From the NCBI GenBank assembly GCA_040220235.1, contig JAVJTO010000009.1: a DNA stretch of 64,000 nucleotides, one strand, 5' to 3'. A program made the position numbers and the translations under genes. The notes beneath the pieces were generated by a model. It saw only the letters and a program-made list of their open reading frames with translations. It ran no database searches and was not told where the DNA came from. Numbering within the stretch: the stretch's first letter is position 1; each line of letters starts with the position of its first letter. The DNA is from Coleofasciculus sp. B1-GNL1-01. Lineage in GTDB: Bacteria > Cyanobacteriota > Cyanobacteriia > Cyanobacteriales > Coleofasciculaceae. This document shows positions 63,740 through 64,000 of the stretch, one piece after another.

Positions 63740-64000
63740 TATAGTAACCGCCATAGTGAGTAGGGGCTTGGTTACCAAGCCCGTACATTTTTACAGCGCT
63801 TTGCGCTGTAATCAGTAGATCAAAGTCCCCCTTGTCGATCCCCCTCCCGTCCCCCTTCAAAAGCAGGGCTAATTCATTGTGATGAGAGAAAATTAGGACG
63901 ACCAGAATTTAGCGTAAACTAAATCTTGCAGCCATAGTTTAATCGAGTCATTTGCTTGCTATGAAGGTCAATCTCCTGGAAGCCTTAACCCAAGTGCCAG

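Noticed and set aside
63870..64000. Possible partial gene at the right edge
   Set aside because: No frame gave a recognisable protein.

Overview
Chromosomal window from a filamentous cyanobacterium, probably Coleofasciculus/Oscillatoriales-like. That assignment is inferred from frequent HIP1 GCGATCGC sites, heptamer STRR arrays, GTAG-type REPs, cpcT and PEP-CTERM genes. From left to right it holds the rimP-nusA-ylxR-infB operon and a decayed IS200/IS605 OMEGA element (omegaRNA/HEARO plus an internally deleted isrB) inserted at a host stop codon. Next come tenA, a sulfotransferase/GT10/Npun_R2821-like glycan cluster and a 1757-aa fusion of a GT2 glycosyltransferase, an internal signal peptide, a filamentous-haemagglutinin region and a CHAT protease. 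Then cpcT, two PEP-CTERM proteins, a PhnD-like lipoprotein with a sensor kinase, a LuxR regulator, two REC-kinases, an adenylate cyclase, and a small tandem IF7 (GifA)-like acidic protein. The right part has a GUN4 kinase, ispE, rsmA, a patatin, two MITE-disrupted genes, ankyrin and Rieske genes bracketed by a composite inverted repeat, and an insert-Cys cyanobacteriochrome kinase. Intergenic DNA is full of nested MITEs, REPs and short dispersed repeats. No rRNA, tRNA or CRISPR array was seen. All calls are by eye; no database searches were run.
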